A stretch of 64,000 nt of DNA. It comes from Eledone cirrhosa (taxonomy: Eukaryota). This document shows positions 40,601-50,928 of the stretch, in pieces. The stretch lies in NCBI GenBank assembly GCA_964016885.1, contig OZ024743.1:311922001-311986000 (forward strand), written 5' to 3'. The translations under genes were made by a program, and so were the position numbers. The first letter of the stretch is position 1. Each line of letters starts with the position of its first letter. A model generated the notes under the pieces. It ran no database searches. It was given only the letters and a program-made list of their open reading frames with translations, and was not told the origin of the DNA.

Positions 40601-41297
40601 TGGTCAGTACCAACATGTACATTGAAGGAGCAGGAACTAGTAGAGGAGGGTGGTCAGTGCCAACATCTACATTGAAGGAGCAGGAACTAGTAGAGGAGGG
40701 TGGTCAGTACCAACATCTACATTGAAGGAGCAGGAACTAGTAGAGGAGGGTGGTCCATGCCAACATGTACATTGAAAGAGCAGGAACTAGTAGAGGAGGG
40801 AGGTCAGTGCCAACATGTACATTGAAGGAGCAGGAACTAGTAGAGGAGGGTGGTCAGTGCCAACATCTACATTGAAGGAGCAGGAACTAGTAGAGGAGGG
40901 TGGTCAGTGCCAACATCTACATTGAAGGAGCAGGAACTAGTAGAGGAGGGTGGTCAGTGCCAACATCTACATTGAAGGAGCAGGAACTAGTAGAGGAGGG
41001 TGGTCAGTACCAACATGTACATTGAAAGAGCAGGAACTATTAGAGGAGGGAGGTCAGTGCCAACATCTACATTGAAGGAGCAGGAACTAGTAGAGGAGGG
41101 TGGTCAGTGCCAACATCTACATTGAAGGAGCAGGAACTAGTAGAGGAGGGTGGTCAGTGCCAACATCTACATTGAAGGATCAGGAACTAGTAGAGGAGGG
41201 TGGTCAGTGCCAACATCTACATTGAAGGAGCAGGAACTAGTAGAGGAGGGTGGTCAGTGCCAACATCTACATTGAAGGAGCAGGAACTAGTAGAGGA
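7671..41297. repeat. 50-bp satellite array (GTGGTCAGTGCCAACATSTACATTGAAGGAGCAGGAACTAGTAGAGGAGG)n, ~670 copies
   Basis: Continuous head-to-tail 50-bp period over ~33.6 kb with a small set of recurrent variants. Purine-rich on the + strand; most monomers contain ACTAGT (SpeI). Stops recur on both strands. Confidence 0.99.
26592..26791. other. Assembly gap (200 N)
   Basis: Run of exactly 200 N inside the satellite, so the true array length is unknown. Confidence 1.
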
Positions 41298-41655
41298 AGC
41301 TAGATGCTACTGGCTAGATAGACAAGATTTCCTCTACAAAGTTCCATCGCTCTGATACTGTAGATTTGGATGAAGGATGGAAACTTCACTATTCAGGTGT
41401 GGCACAGGAAATGACTGTACAGGTGGGAATGGAGTTACTCACAAGCCCTTGGCTGTCAGAATGTATTATGGACTGGAACCCATTAGGAGGGAGGATTTGC
41501 CTCTTGAAGCTTAGACTGAAAGATAGGTCTCTGTAAGTGGTGCAAGTTTATGCACCAAACAAGGAGTCCAAATACAGGTTCTTCCTTGAAGAAGTCACTG
41601 CATTGTTAGATGTAGTTAAGATTGAGTCATATATCCTGATGTGAAACTTCAATGT
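41274..41655 (+). mobile_element. RTE-clade (Rex3/Expander-like) LINE APE endonuclease fragment, upstream half, inverted relative to 7533-7698
   Basis: Reads KEQELVEEARCYWLD, then after a frameshift ISSTKFHRSDTVDLDEGWKLHYSGVAQEMTVQVGMELLTSPWLSECIMDWNPLGGRICLLKLRLKDRSL*VVQVYAPNKESKYRFFLEEVTALLDVVKIESYILM*NFNV. KEQELVEE lies within the last monomer. Confidence 0.85.
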
Positions 41656-41656
41656 T

Positions 41657-41835
41657 AAAACAGGACTCAATTTTGAAATTAGACCTATTATTTCTAATAT
41701 AGATGCACCTTTCTATAAAATCTCCTGGTTTCTCTCCAGACTTCTCAAACCTCTTCTTCACACCTTCATCAGACACATAAACAGTTCCCATGAAGTAATC
41801 AACAGACTAAAAGACTTTAACCCCATCACACTCAG
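41657..41835 (+). mobile_element. Penelope-like RT fragment
   Basis: Reads KTGLNFEIRPIISNIDAPFYKISWFLSRLLKPLLHTFIRHINSSHEVINRLKDF, with the RPIIS...P.Y....L..LL.PL motif of PLE RT fingers. Confidence 0.65.
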
Positions 41836-41837
41836 AT

Positions 41838-42322
41838 AGGTGTCATGACAAAAAGCACCCAGCCCACACTGTAAAGTGGACGTGTAGAAATCTAGCCAGA
41901 AACAGTTCTATATGAGCAAGACAGTCACCTAACCAAACTTGCCTCAAATGGGACAACCCGTCTAACACATGCTAGCATGGAAAGTGGACGTTAAATGAGG
42001 ATGATAATAATGATGATGATATGTCCAATACAAATACATATATTCAGAAAATGAAATGGATCTCAGTATGTGTGTGTGTGTGTGCATGCATGTATTTGTG
42101 TAGTCCACACTGCAAAGTGGTCGTGTAGGTGTCACAATAAAAAGCATCCAATAGACACTGTAAATATGGTTGGTGTTAGGAAGGGCATCTAGCTGTAGAA
42201 GCCAATCCTAATTCAATTCTGTATGAGCAAGACATGGTCACCTGACCCAGCATTCCTCTCAACAGGACAACTCTTCTAACCCATGCTAGCATGCAAAAAT
42301 GGACATTAAATGGTGATGATGA
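41838..42322 (+). mobile_element. Two RTE-type 3' tails (LINE ends or RTE-tailed SINEs), ~41838-42020 and ~42100-42322
   Basis: AAAAGCA(C/T)CCA..CACACTGTAAA...CTAAC(A/C)CATGCTAGCATG.AAA.TGGAC.TTAAATG followed by a GAT-type tail; homologous to the 3' end of the RTE at 52821. Confidence 0.75.
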
Positions 42323-42434
42323 AATATATGCTCTCTTTTTTCATAAAGGGAATGTATACACATGTGTATTTAGCATTCTTATTGAATGTATATGTAAGCA
42401 TGTATTTTTATACATACAGTTAGTGTAATATATA

Positions 42435-42536
42435 TCTGCCAATCCATCCACCTATCAATACATCTATTTATCTATCTATCCATCTACTCTTTAATCCATC
42501 TTTCTAGTTATCTATCAAACTACCAATCCATTTATC

Positions 42537-42608
<72 letters not shown>
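42435..42608. repeat. (TATC)n microsatellite
   Basis: Perfect core ~42550-42608 with degenerate left flank. Confidence 0.9.
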
Positions 42609-42609
<1 letters not shown>

Positions 42610-42871
42610 CACAAAGACACACCAATGTTGTGCTGGCATCATTATTGCAGATCTTGAACCAAAATATATAATTCATAACAGAAGTAGCGCTACCATTTTC
42701 AAGAGAACTTGTGATAAATGTGATCATATGAAATGGTACAAAATGTAGATGATGATGGTGATGATGATGGTAATAATGATGATGTGGCCATTAGACCCAC
42801 AGTCCGCTTAAAAGAACATTATATCCAATATGTGCTACTCACAAACTACCTTAACTAATTACATTCTTTAA

Positions 42872-43069
42872 CCCTTTAGCATTTAAACCTTCTATATCCA
42901 ACCAGAATTCTGTTCAAACCAGCTGTAACTGACCACTGTGATGTATTATTCTCAAAATAAATAATATCAAAATCTCATAGATTCAATATTATATGAAATA
43001 ATTATGTGAGGTAAAGCATTTACCATGAAAATATACTAGTAAATATAGAGTAATGTAAATGCTAAAAGG
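42872..43069. mobile_element. ~200-bp piggyBac-type MITE
   Basis: TTAA|CCCTTTAGCATTTA ... TAAATGCTAAAAGG|ATAA: 14-bp imperfect TIRs with a TTAA-like target site. Confidence 0.7.
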
Positions 43070-43302
43070 ATAAAGAACAAGATGAGAATTATACCATTTC
43101 TCCTCTCTCTACACTCATATGGATATTTTGATTTTTTACTCAAAGTAACCATCAAAATATCCATGTAAATATATACATATGTGTCTCTGTTTAATGCAAA
43201 AAATATGATCAGAAATTATTGGAAATAAATTCAGAATATGAAATGGAACTCAGTACGTGTGTGTATGATTATATAATAGATCTCTTAACGTTTATTTCAT
43301 AC

Positions 43303-43451
<149 letters not shown>

Positions 43452-43637
43452 GATAAATCTACCAAAAGTTTACGGTAGTGTCCAATCCGTATGAAGAACT
43501 CAATGTAATCCGGATATCATGAAAAGAGAAGATGCATTCAAAAACTACTTTCGGTGAAAAATAAACGGAAAACAGAGTCAAGATAAATTAATAAAATAAT
43601 GAATAAACAAAGAAACAGTTCCTTATATTAAAAAAAT

Positions 43638-43779
43638 TCATCATTTTACGATCGTTTCTAGGATATATATGTGTTAGAGTTGGTATGCATATTCTATAGA
43701 TCTATGTACAATATTTATACAAACTATCAGAGGGAATATACATACCTACACATATATATGCGGTCTTCAGAAATAATGA
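43638..43779 (-). ncRNA. Type I hammerhead-ribozyme-like motif (partly decayed) in the PLE-1 3' repeat
   Basis: UCAUUAUUU-CUGAAGA-ccgc-AUAUAUAUGUGU...ACACAUAUAUAU-ccua-GAAACGAUCGUA-AAAUGAUGA. Stem I is 9 bp, distal stem II is 12 bp, stem III is the palindrome ACGAUCGU, and the cleavage triplet is GUA. The base of stem II is mismatched. Confidence 0.7.
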
Positions 43780-44478
43780 TATTTGTTTATTGAAAAAAAC
43801 AAAGATTCAATACAATAGGTCTGTTTGGGAACAGGTTTTGAATTGACCAATAGAGAGATAGTGAGGGTCAGGATAGTAATATAGTAGTAGAAGAACCTTA
43901 AATTATGGGTAGAGGAAGGTAGATTTCAGTTTTGGATGGAAAAGAATATTATGAATGAAGGATTATTTTAGGGAAGAAATAGGTCTTATGCTGACCTCAG
44001 AAATAATTTTATTTGTTCATTGAATAAAACCAACAAAGATCTAATATATTCTGTCTGTTTGGTAAGAGGTTTAGAATTAACCAATAGAAAGTTAATAATT
44101 GGCCAAATGGTAAAATAGTAGTAATTGAAGCTTATTTTAGGGGTGAAAATAGGTCAGGTGGTCAAAAAAAGGTATACAAGCAGTTGCTGTTATAAAATAG
44201 TAATGCCAGTACAAATATCTAAGGTGACTAAAGTTTTAAGATAAGAATGTTAGTGAAAAAAATACATCTATGAAAAGAATATAAATTAATTTACTTGATG
44301 GGTATATTTATATTGATAAAATTATACTAATACATATAGATATGATAAATAAGAGTTAGATGCAGTTGAAAAGTGCTGTTAAAGATGAGGGGAAGTTAAA
44401 AGAATATAAAAATAATATATATATATATATATATACTTATACATATATATATATACACATATATATACACATACACAC

Positions 44479-44510
<32 letters not shown>

Positions 44511-44605
44511 ACACTTATATATATATATATATATATACATACATATACACATACACACACACACATACACACATATATATATGTATATATATATACATAC
44601 ATATA

Positions 44606-44639
<34 letters not shown>

Positions 44640-44985
44640 CATAGATATATACATGCATACATTAGTGAGAAATAGTAAATATATATAGTTTTCAAGGAAC
44701 GTAGAGTCATAATCTGAAGTTAAAGCATTATATATGTTTACTTAATGGTATCAGTTTTAGGAAATGATATTTGTAAGAAGGAAAGCAAAATTATGTAGTT
44801 CATCAGTAGTAGAATATTAATTATAGGTTAACTAAATTAAAAATAGTATTATATTAATTTCTAAAGTGTATATTAATTAGGTTTATAATTTTTAAAGCAG
44901 AATTATGTAGTTCATCAGTAGTAGAATATTAATTATAGGTTAACTAAATTAAAAATAAATTATAAATTAATTTCTAAAGTGTATA

Positions 44986-46929
44986 TTAATTAGGTTTATA
45001 ATATTTAAAGGTTTTTCTCAGTTTATGATTACACGATATTATTAATTCCTGTCGCTTATTTAATAGGATATCCTTAGATTTCATTATTTCAAAAAGTTCT
45101 TGGGAACATAATCTACATTCATTTCTACTATTTTGATAAGGGGTGGCCCTTTTGAGCACACTCCAGGTCAGGTCATATTCTATATTCCTCTTTCTATAAC
45201 TATTTATTATTTCAGCTAGAGATGTTGTATTAGCTAGTGCGGCATTTTTAAAACTATGTTTGTGGGTATTAAATCTTACCTTAAATTTGTTAGAGGTAGC
45301 TCCTATATATGAATAAATTGAGTCCTTAGTGTTAACTTTACATTTATATACTATGTTATTAACAAGGCAATTTCCTTTTAATGGACAGTTTGCCTTGTTT
45401 CTATAGTTACAACTTTTCGTGAATCCTGTATCTGAGGAGATATTATGGTTAGTTTGATGTACTGGTGGTATACTCATGGTTTTTTTACATTTATATGCAT
45501 TATAGGCACTTATATTTTGTTTTATGTTTTTGGTTGTTGAGTAGGAGAATTTAACCGTTGATCTATTTAAGATTTGATGGCATTTGTGGTTTGGCGGGAA
45601 GTTTTTCTCTAGGATATTAAAGAATTTTTTAGGTATATTATCCTTAATTTGTAAATTAAATGGAGCATTATACCAAGTAACTCGTCTATTACGGTTTCGA
45701 TGTTGTTTATTGTTTTTATAGGATGAATCCTGATGTTTATTAAGAGAATTATTGTTAATGACCTCACCACACACATTTTTAGTTAGATTTATTGATTTAG
45801 GTGTTTTAGCTTGTTTATTAGGAGTTTTATTATTAACATTTATTAGAGTTGTAGGATGAGTAGTTTTTTGAGAGTTACGAAACTGTATATTAGAAGAGTT
45901 AGAGAAATTTGGTTTTATGTTGGTGTTTTGGGGTATAGTGTGAGTGGCATTTAGGTGTGTATGTTTCATTTGGTGTTTGTTGGTAATATTAGGTTGTATG
46001 TTTGTAGTGTTATTGGTAGAAGGTATATATACTAATCTATTTTTGTGGCCACTTCTAGCTAGAGCTTCGTTATAAAAGGTCGCATTTTTATCAAATACAT
46101 CTTGGTTAGACGAAAGGTTAGAAATTCTAAGTGATATATTATATGCAAGGTTTTTAAGGATAGATTTAGGGTGATTAGATTGTGAGTGTATGTAGTGTAA
46201 ATTTTGGTTGGGTTTATGGTAAGGTTGGTAGATACCCGTAGATAAGTCTAATGTTATATCTAGGAAATTAACTACTTTCCTTGTGTTTTCAAAAGTAATA
46301 TCTAGACTATAATAGTCTTTGAGGAAAGTTCTAATAAGCTTTTTATTTTTTTCTATCTCTGAGAGGCTAAGGTTATTGGAAAGAAGAAGACAGTCGTCAC
46401 GATATAAACCACCTTTAAGGTGGGGAAAAGAAGCATTTATGTTAAAAAGAAGAAAGAGGCCCACAAGATCAATGATTTGGGCAGAATCGCTTGAGCCCAT
46501 AGTAATATCGAATAGATTACTATATGTGTTTCTGGTCCAGTATTCATTCTGAAATTCCAATAGTGTTAGTCTAGCATGTGTAATAATATTAATGTCATCC
46601 AAAGTTAAGTTAGATCTATTTTTAGCAAATATCAAGGCTTTGTTCAAGAGTATAGGTGATATAGAAGAATAATAATTATCTATATCAAATTGTAGAAATG
46701 AAGCAGAGGATTTATTTCTAATATTATTAAACCAGTTAATTACCTGGGATGTGTTTTCCCAGAGTGGTAAATTAACATGTTTTCTTAGTTGTGGGATGAC
46801 TCTATCTAAAAATTTTTTACTAATTATTCCAATATCAGATTTGGAAGGGCATATAAGCCTTATAGAAGGATTAGAGTTAAAGTTAGATTTATGATCTTTC
46901 AGGTTGAAGTGTGGTCTTTTCAATGCCAA
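44986..46929 (-). CDS. Penelope-like retroelement protein (RT + GIY-YIG endonuclease), 647 aa, N-terminally broken
   Basis: RT motifs FLQFDIDNYYSSI, FDITMGSSDSA..IDLVGL, GLYRDD, VNFLDITL and SNHPKSI; Cys-rich linker CNYRNKANCPLKGNCL; GIY-YIG IVYKCKV...YIGATSNKFKVRFNTHKHSF...CRLCSQE. Confidence 0.9.
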   Translation of the reverse strand: MALKRPHFNLKDHKSNFNSNPSIRLICPSKSDIGIISKKFLDRVIPQLRKHVNLPLWENTSQVINWFNNIRNKSSASFLQFDIDNYYSSISPILLNKALIFAKNRSNLTLDDINIITHARLTLLEFQNEYWTRNTYSNLFDITMGSSDSAQIIDLVGLFLLFNINASFPHLKGGLYRDDCLLLSNNLSLSEIEKNKKLIRTFLKDYYSLDITFENTRKVVNFLDITLDLSTGIYQPYHKPNQNLHYIHSQSNHPKSILKNLAYNISLRISNLSSNQDVFDKNATFYNEALARSGHKNRLVYIPSTNNTTNIQPNITNKHQMKHTHLNATHTIPQNTNIKPNFSNSSNIQFRNSQKTTHPTTLINVNNKTPNKQAKTPKSINLTKNVCGEVINNNSLNKHQDSSYKNNKQHRNRNRRVTWYNAPFNLQIKDNIPKKFFNILEKNFPPNHKCHQILNRSTVKFSYSTTKNIKQNISAYNAYKCKKTMSIPPVHQTNHNISSDTGFTKSCNYRNKANCPLKGNCLVNNIVYKCKVNTKDSIYSYIGATSNKFKVRFNTHKHSFKNAALANTTSLAEIINSYRKRNIEYDLTWSVLKRATPYQNSRNECRLCSQELFEIMKSKDILLNKRQELIISCNHKLRKTFKYYKPN

Positions 46930-47135
46930 AGGTTCAGTTCAATCTTCAATATTAAGTCTATTCACTATGCTGTGTTTTGTTGTTGATGTTGGTAAGTGAC
47001 GCATTATTTGTTTTTCTATAATTTTTCCTGAGTTCTTTATATATGAACTCATTGTAATTTTCAATATCCATGTGATATAGATTTCCAGTTTTGTCCGAGT
47101 GGACATGGATTTTTAAAGATTTTTTTAGATTTTTT

Positions 47136-47147
47136 TATATATATATG

Positions 47148-47178
<31 letters not shown>

Positions 47179-47418
47179 GTAATATATATATGTATATATA
47201 TGTATATATATATTTATATACAACCCTTGCAAGCAGGGAAAAGCGGATGTAAAATGAAATTAAATGAAATATACATATATATAGGTTTTTGTCATCATCA
47301 TCATCATCATCATCATCATTTTACGTCTGCTCTTCCCTGCTTGCAAGGGTTGTATATATATATACATATATATACATATATATATTACATATATATATAT
47401 ATACATATATATATATAC

Positions 47419-47449
<31 letters not shown>

Positions 47450-47520
47450 CATATATATATTATATATACATATATATATTATACATACATATATTATATA
47501 TATATATATATATATTATAT
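47136..47520. repeat. Degenerate (TA)n tract containing two short RTE-type tails in inverted orientation
   Basis: CAACCCTTGCAAGCAGGGAAAAGCGGATGTAAAATGA at 47221 (+), and its reverse complement with a (CAT)n tail at ~47292-47352. Confidence 0.85.
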
Positions 47521-49945
47521 AATGAAGGAAGTGTGGTAAGGAACCAGGTGGACCATAATGCACCAGAGTACTCGATACTTAGGGTAGTAGAGTGGGTAAT
47601 AGGAAAAGGTTCAGGACCCGACGGCAGAGCCCAAGCCATTTCAACAGCTATTTCTAGACTAAATTAAATTTTTAGCTTGGTAATGATATAGCTGAACTTT
47701 TCAAGGGGTAATTCCATATATGGGCATGTGATAATCAGGTGTTTCTGAAGGTTGTAGTTATCAAAAGGATTGGTGGAAGTTTCTTGTAAAGACAGTTAAA
47801 TATTTCATGGTGGTGGGTAGGGGGTGGGGTTGGCTGAACTTGCCTGTAGAACAAAGAGGGAGTGGGTGAAGCCCGTCAAGCGTTAAAAGTAAATTCTATA
47901 CAGCAAATTCTAAGGAGTGTGGATGAAGTAGACTAGCTAGAAAGCAAGCGAAAATAGAATTATACAAGAGTCTGAAAATGGAAAAAACTAGAGTCTAAAA
48001 CAGCTGCTATATTTTTAGCTGGTGTTGCGTTTTTAGCCAATGCTATATAGAATTCACGGGGGTGGGGGTACTGAGGCTACAAAATCTCGATGGGCTGCCT
48101 CAGGGTAAGCGAAAGAGGAAAAAGGAAAAGGAAGAGGTGAGGGAGTGGAAGAAGTGAGAAGAAGAGATAAAGGGAAAAAAAGGAAAAAAAAAGGAAAGAA
48201 ATGAATTACAACTACCTATGTATGCTGGGGTTTCCCCTATCTTATTCGGCAAGTGGGGATAAGAAAGATGTTACAGCCATTGTCTACCCACCCGGGTCAT
48301 GAGAGGAGTTTGAAGGCAAGGCAAGTCCTACGCAATTGGTGTTGACATGCAGTTACAAGTTCGTCTTTTTTGTTTAGGAGTTGGTCCTTCGTAAACAGCA
48401 TTTGTAATGTTTCCTCCGAGCATAAGTTACACGGACGGTGTCCTCCCGAGTAGGGGTTAGTCCTGGAAAGTAAACTCCAAGTAAGATGGTATGTGATGTT
48501 ATTATCTTGGAGGTCCCAGATGTGGCCCAAAAGTGTTGTGGCATGTCGCCGAGCCGGGTTTCTGAATGTATGTCGGTGTTGGTAGAGCCGGGTCTTATAG
48601 TCACAGGCGGTTAATCCTATATAGGCTTTATTGGAGTTTTCCGTCCTCACGTTGCATTGGTAGATCACGTTACGTTCTCGGCATCTGTTGTTGAGGGGGC
48701 ACGTAGATCTATCAGGGCAGTTAGACCTCCTGGTCAGCTTTCCACTAATGTCTAGGTTGTTTCTTCCGTAGGAGTTGAGTTTCTTGTTGTTTGAGGAGGT
48801 GATGTTTTGTGCGAAGTTGGCTGTGGTGCTGTAGGAGAGTTTGATAATGTTTTTGTTGATTATGTTATGGTAGCGGTGTTGTGGTGGGAAGTGTTTTTCG
48901 AGGAGTCTAAAGAAGATTTTCCCAATTGATGTTGCAACCTCAGCAGTGTGGGGAAGGTTATATGTGGCATGAGCTGCGGCTCACCTGCTGGTTCCGCTAG
49001 GGGAGCCTGGGTAAAATGAGATTTCCTCCTGAAAGCCGCTTCGTTTGGTTGTTGTAAGGCGTATGTTCATTGAATATTTTCTCATTAGCGAACAAACGAG
49101 ATATGCGGAGGGAGATGTTTTTAACCAGGTTATTGGTGATGTTCCTAGGATGGTTAGAGCGGCAGTGGATGTAGTGTAGGTTGTCGTTTGGTTTCCTGTA
49201 TGGGTAGTACAGATCATTTTCGAGGTTGAGAGTAACGTCCAGGAAATTGACTCGGGTTAAGGACGTCTGTAGGGTGATTTTAAAACCCCAGTCCCGGAAG
49301 AAGTTGATTATATGTTTACAGACCCGGTCCCTACTACTGGGGTTGTACCCTTTGAGGGTAAGGAGCCCATCGTCTCGGTACAATCCACCGCCGAATGCAG
49401 GAAACATTTCGGTGAGTTTCTGTAGTAGGAATAATCCTATAAGATCGCTCACCTCCACCCAGTCGGTCGCACCCATACTGACGTTGAAGGGGGAGTCGGA
49501 AGCTCTCTTTATCCAATTGGAGTTATCGAAGAGGAAGACTATCTTCCTGGCGTGGAGAATGATGTTGGTCGGTGATGGGTGTAAGTGTTTTGGCAAAGTC
49601 CTAAGCTGCCGTAAAAAGAGGTAGGGTAATAGAGGCGTAATAGCTCTCTATGTCAAACTGGATGAATTCGGTGTCCCGTTTATCCTCAATATTCCTGAAC
49701 CATGAGATGACTTCCTGGGCGCTGACCCAAAGGCTAAGTATCGCGTTTTGCGTGACGTTTGGTATAACAAGAGGAGAAAAGAAAAAAGAATCCTTCGTCA
49801 ACTGTAATCCACGAGCGCCGAAACATCTGGATCGCGGATTACAGCTGACGAAGGATTCTTTCTTCTTTTCTCCTCTTCTTCCATCCAAACCACCATCCTA
49901 AACCTTGTTTCTAGTAACCACACAGCTCCTTTCGTTTCTTATCAT
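47521..49945 (-). mobile_element. Penelope-like element PLE-2, frameshifted pseudo-ORF, 5'-truncated with a terminal hairpin
   Basis: RT pieces FIQFDIESYYASI (49601-49888), FNVSMGATDW.EVSDLIGL, GLYRDDGL, VNFLDVTL and SNHP (48997-49596); GIY-YIG IYQCNV...YIGLT..DYKTRLYQH...CNLCSEE (48297-48668). Same group as PLE-1 but more GC-rich. Confidence 0.85.
49769..49877. repeat. Inverted repeat, 46-bp arms (43/46 identical), 17-nt loop
   Basis: AAGAGGAGAAAAGAAAAAAGAATCCTTCGTCAACTGTAATCCACGA (49769-49814) versus the reverse complement of 49832-49877. Confidence 0.95.
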
Positions 49946-49959
49946 ATCATATATATATC

Positions 49960-50152
49960 AGGGCGGTGGATTGGTAGTATCGGTAGAGGATCGGACGCCA
50001 TGCTTTGCAGCAAAGAGTTACGGCCCTTTATGGTCTGAGTTCAAATCCCGCCAAGGTTAACTCTGCATTTCATCCTTACGGGGTCGATAAAATAAAGTGC
50101 CAGTAATACACTGGGATAATTGCTGACCTTGTGCCAAAAGTAGAAACAATTA
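49960..50152 (+). mobile_element. Family A SINE, full length
   Basis: GGGCGGTGGATTGGTAGTATCGGTAG...GAGTTCAAATCCCGCC...CATCCTTACGGGGTCGATAAAATAAAG...AGTAGAAACAATTAT. Confidence 0.9.
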
Positions 50153-50338
50153 TCATCATCATCATCATTTTACATCCGCTTTTCCCTGCTTGCATGGGTG
50201 GGACAGGAACTGATTCTGGCTTGATTTCTACGCTGGGTGCCCTTCCTAACACCAACCTCATTTACAGTGAGTGCTGGGTGCTTTTTTACCATGGCACCTA
50301 CACGACCACTTTGCAGTGGAATGATAGGGACCCCAGTC

Positions 50339-50814
<476 letters not shown>

Positions 50815-50816
<2 letters not shown>

Positions 50817-50928
50817 TGTGGGGTGGAGGTGTTAGTATTGTTAGTTGTGGGGTGGGCGAATATATATATATATATATATATATTCGCCCAGCCCACAATT
50901 AACAATACTAACACCTCCACCCCACACC
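50815..50928. repeat. Second palindrome: ~46-bp arms around (TA)n
   Basis: GGTGTGGGGTGGAGGTGTTAGTATTGTTAGTTGTGGGGTGGGCGAA-(TA)n-TTCGCCCAGCCCACAATTAACAATACTAACACCTCCACCCCACACC, with 2 mismatches. Confidence 0.95.

Noticed and set aside
7671-41297. CRISPR array, or a repetitive protein gene (including ORFs 26450-26896)
   Set aside because: There are no unique spacers and no cas genes. The 50-bp period cycles through frames with TGA/TAG stops on both strands. The listed ORFs exist only because of N runs and indel errors.
43119-43164. Hairpin ATGGATATTTTGAT...ATCAAAATATCCAT as a pre-miRNA or first exon
   Set aside because: It is only ~46 nt and AT-rich, with no supporting context; it could be chance or a MITE remnant.
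44795-44925. CUGAUGA on the minus strand (two copies) as hammerhead cores
   Set aside because: No downstream GAAA box or flanking stems were found; the two copies are just part of the 112-bp duplication.
47635-47712. Possible hammerhead in the PLE-2 3' region (minus: CUUGAAAA...GAAAUAGCUGUU)
   Set aside because: Position is plausible, but the core boxes and stems are too degenerate to support a call.
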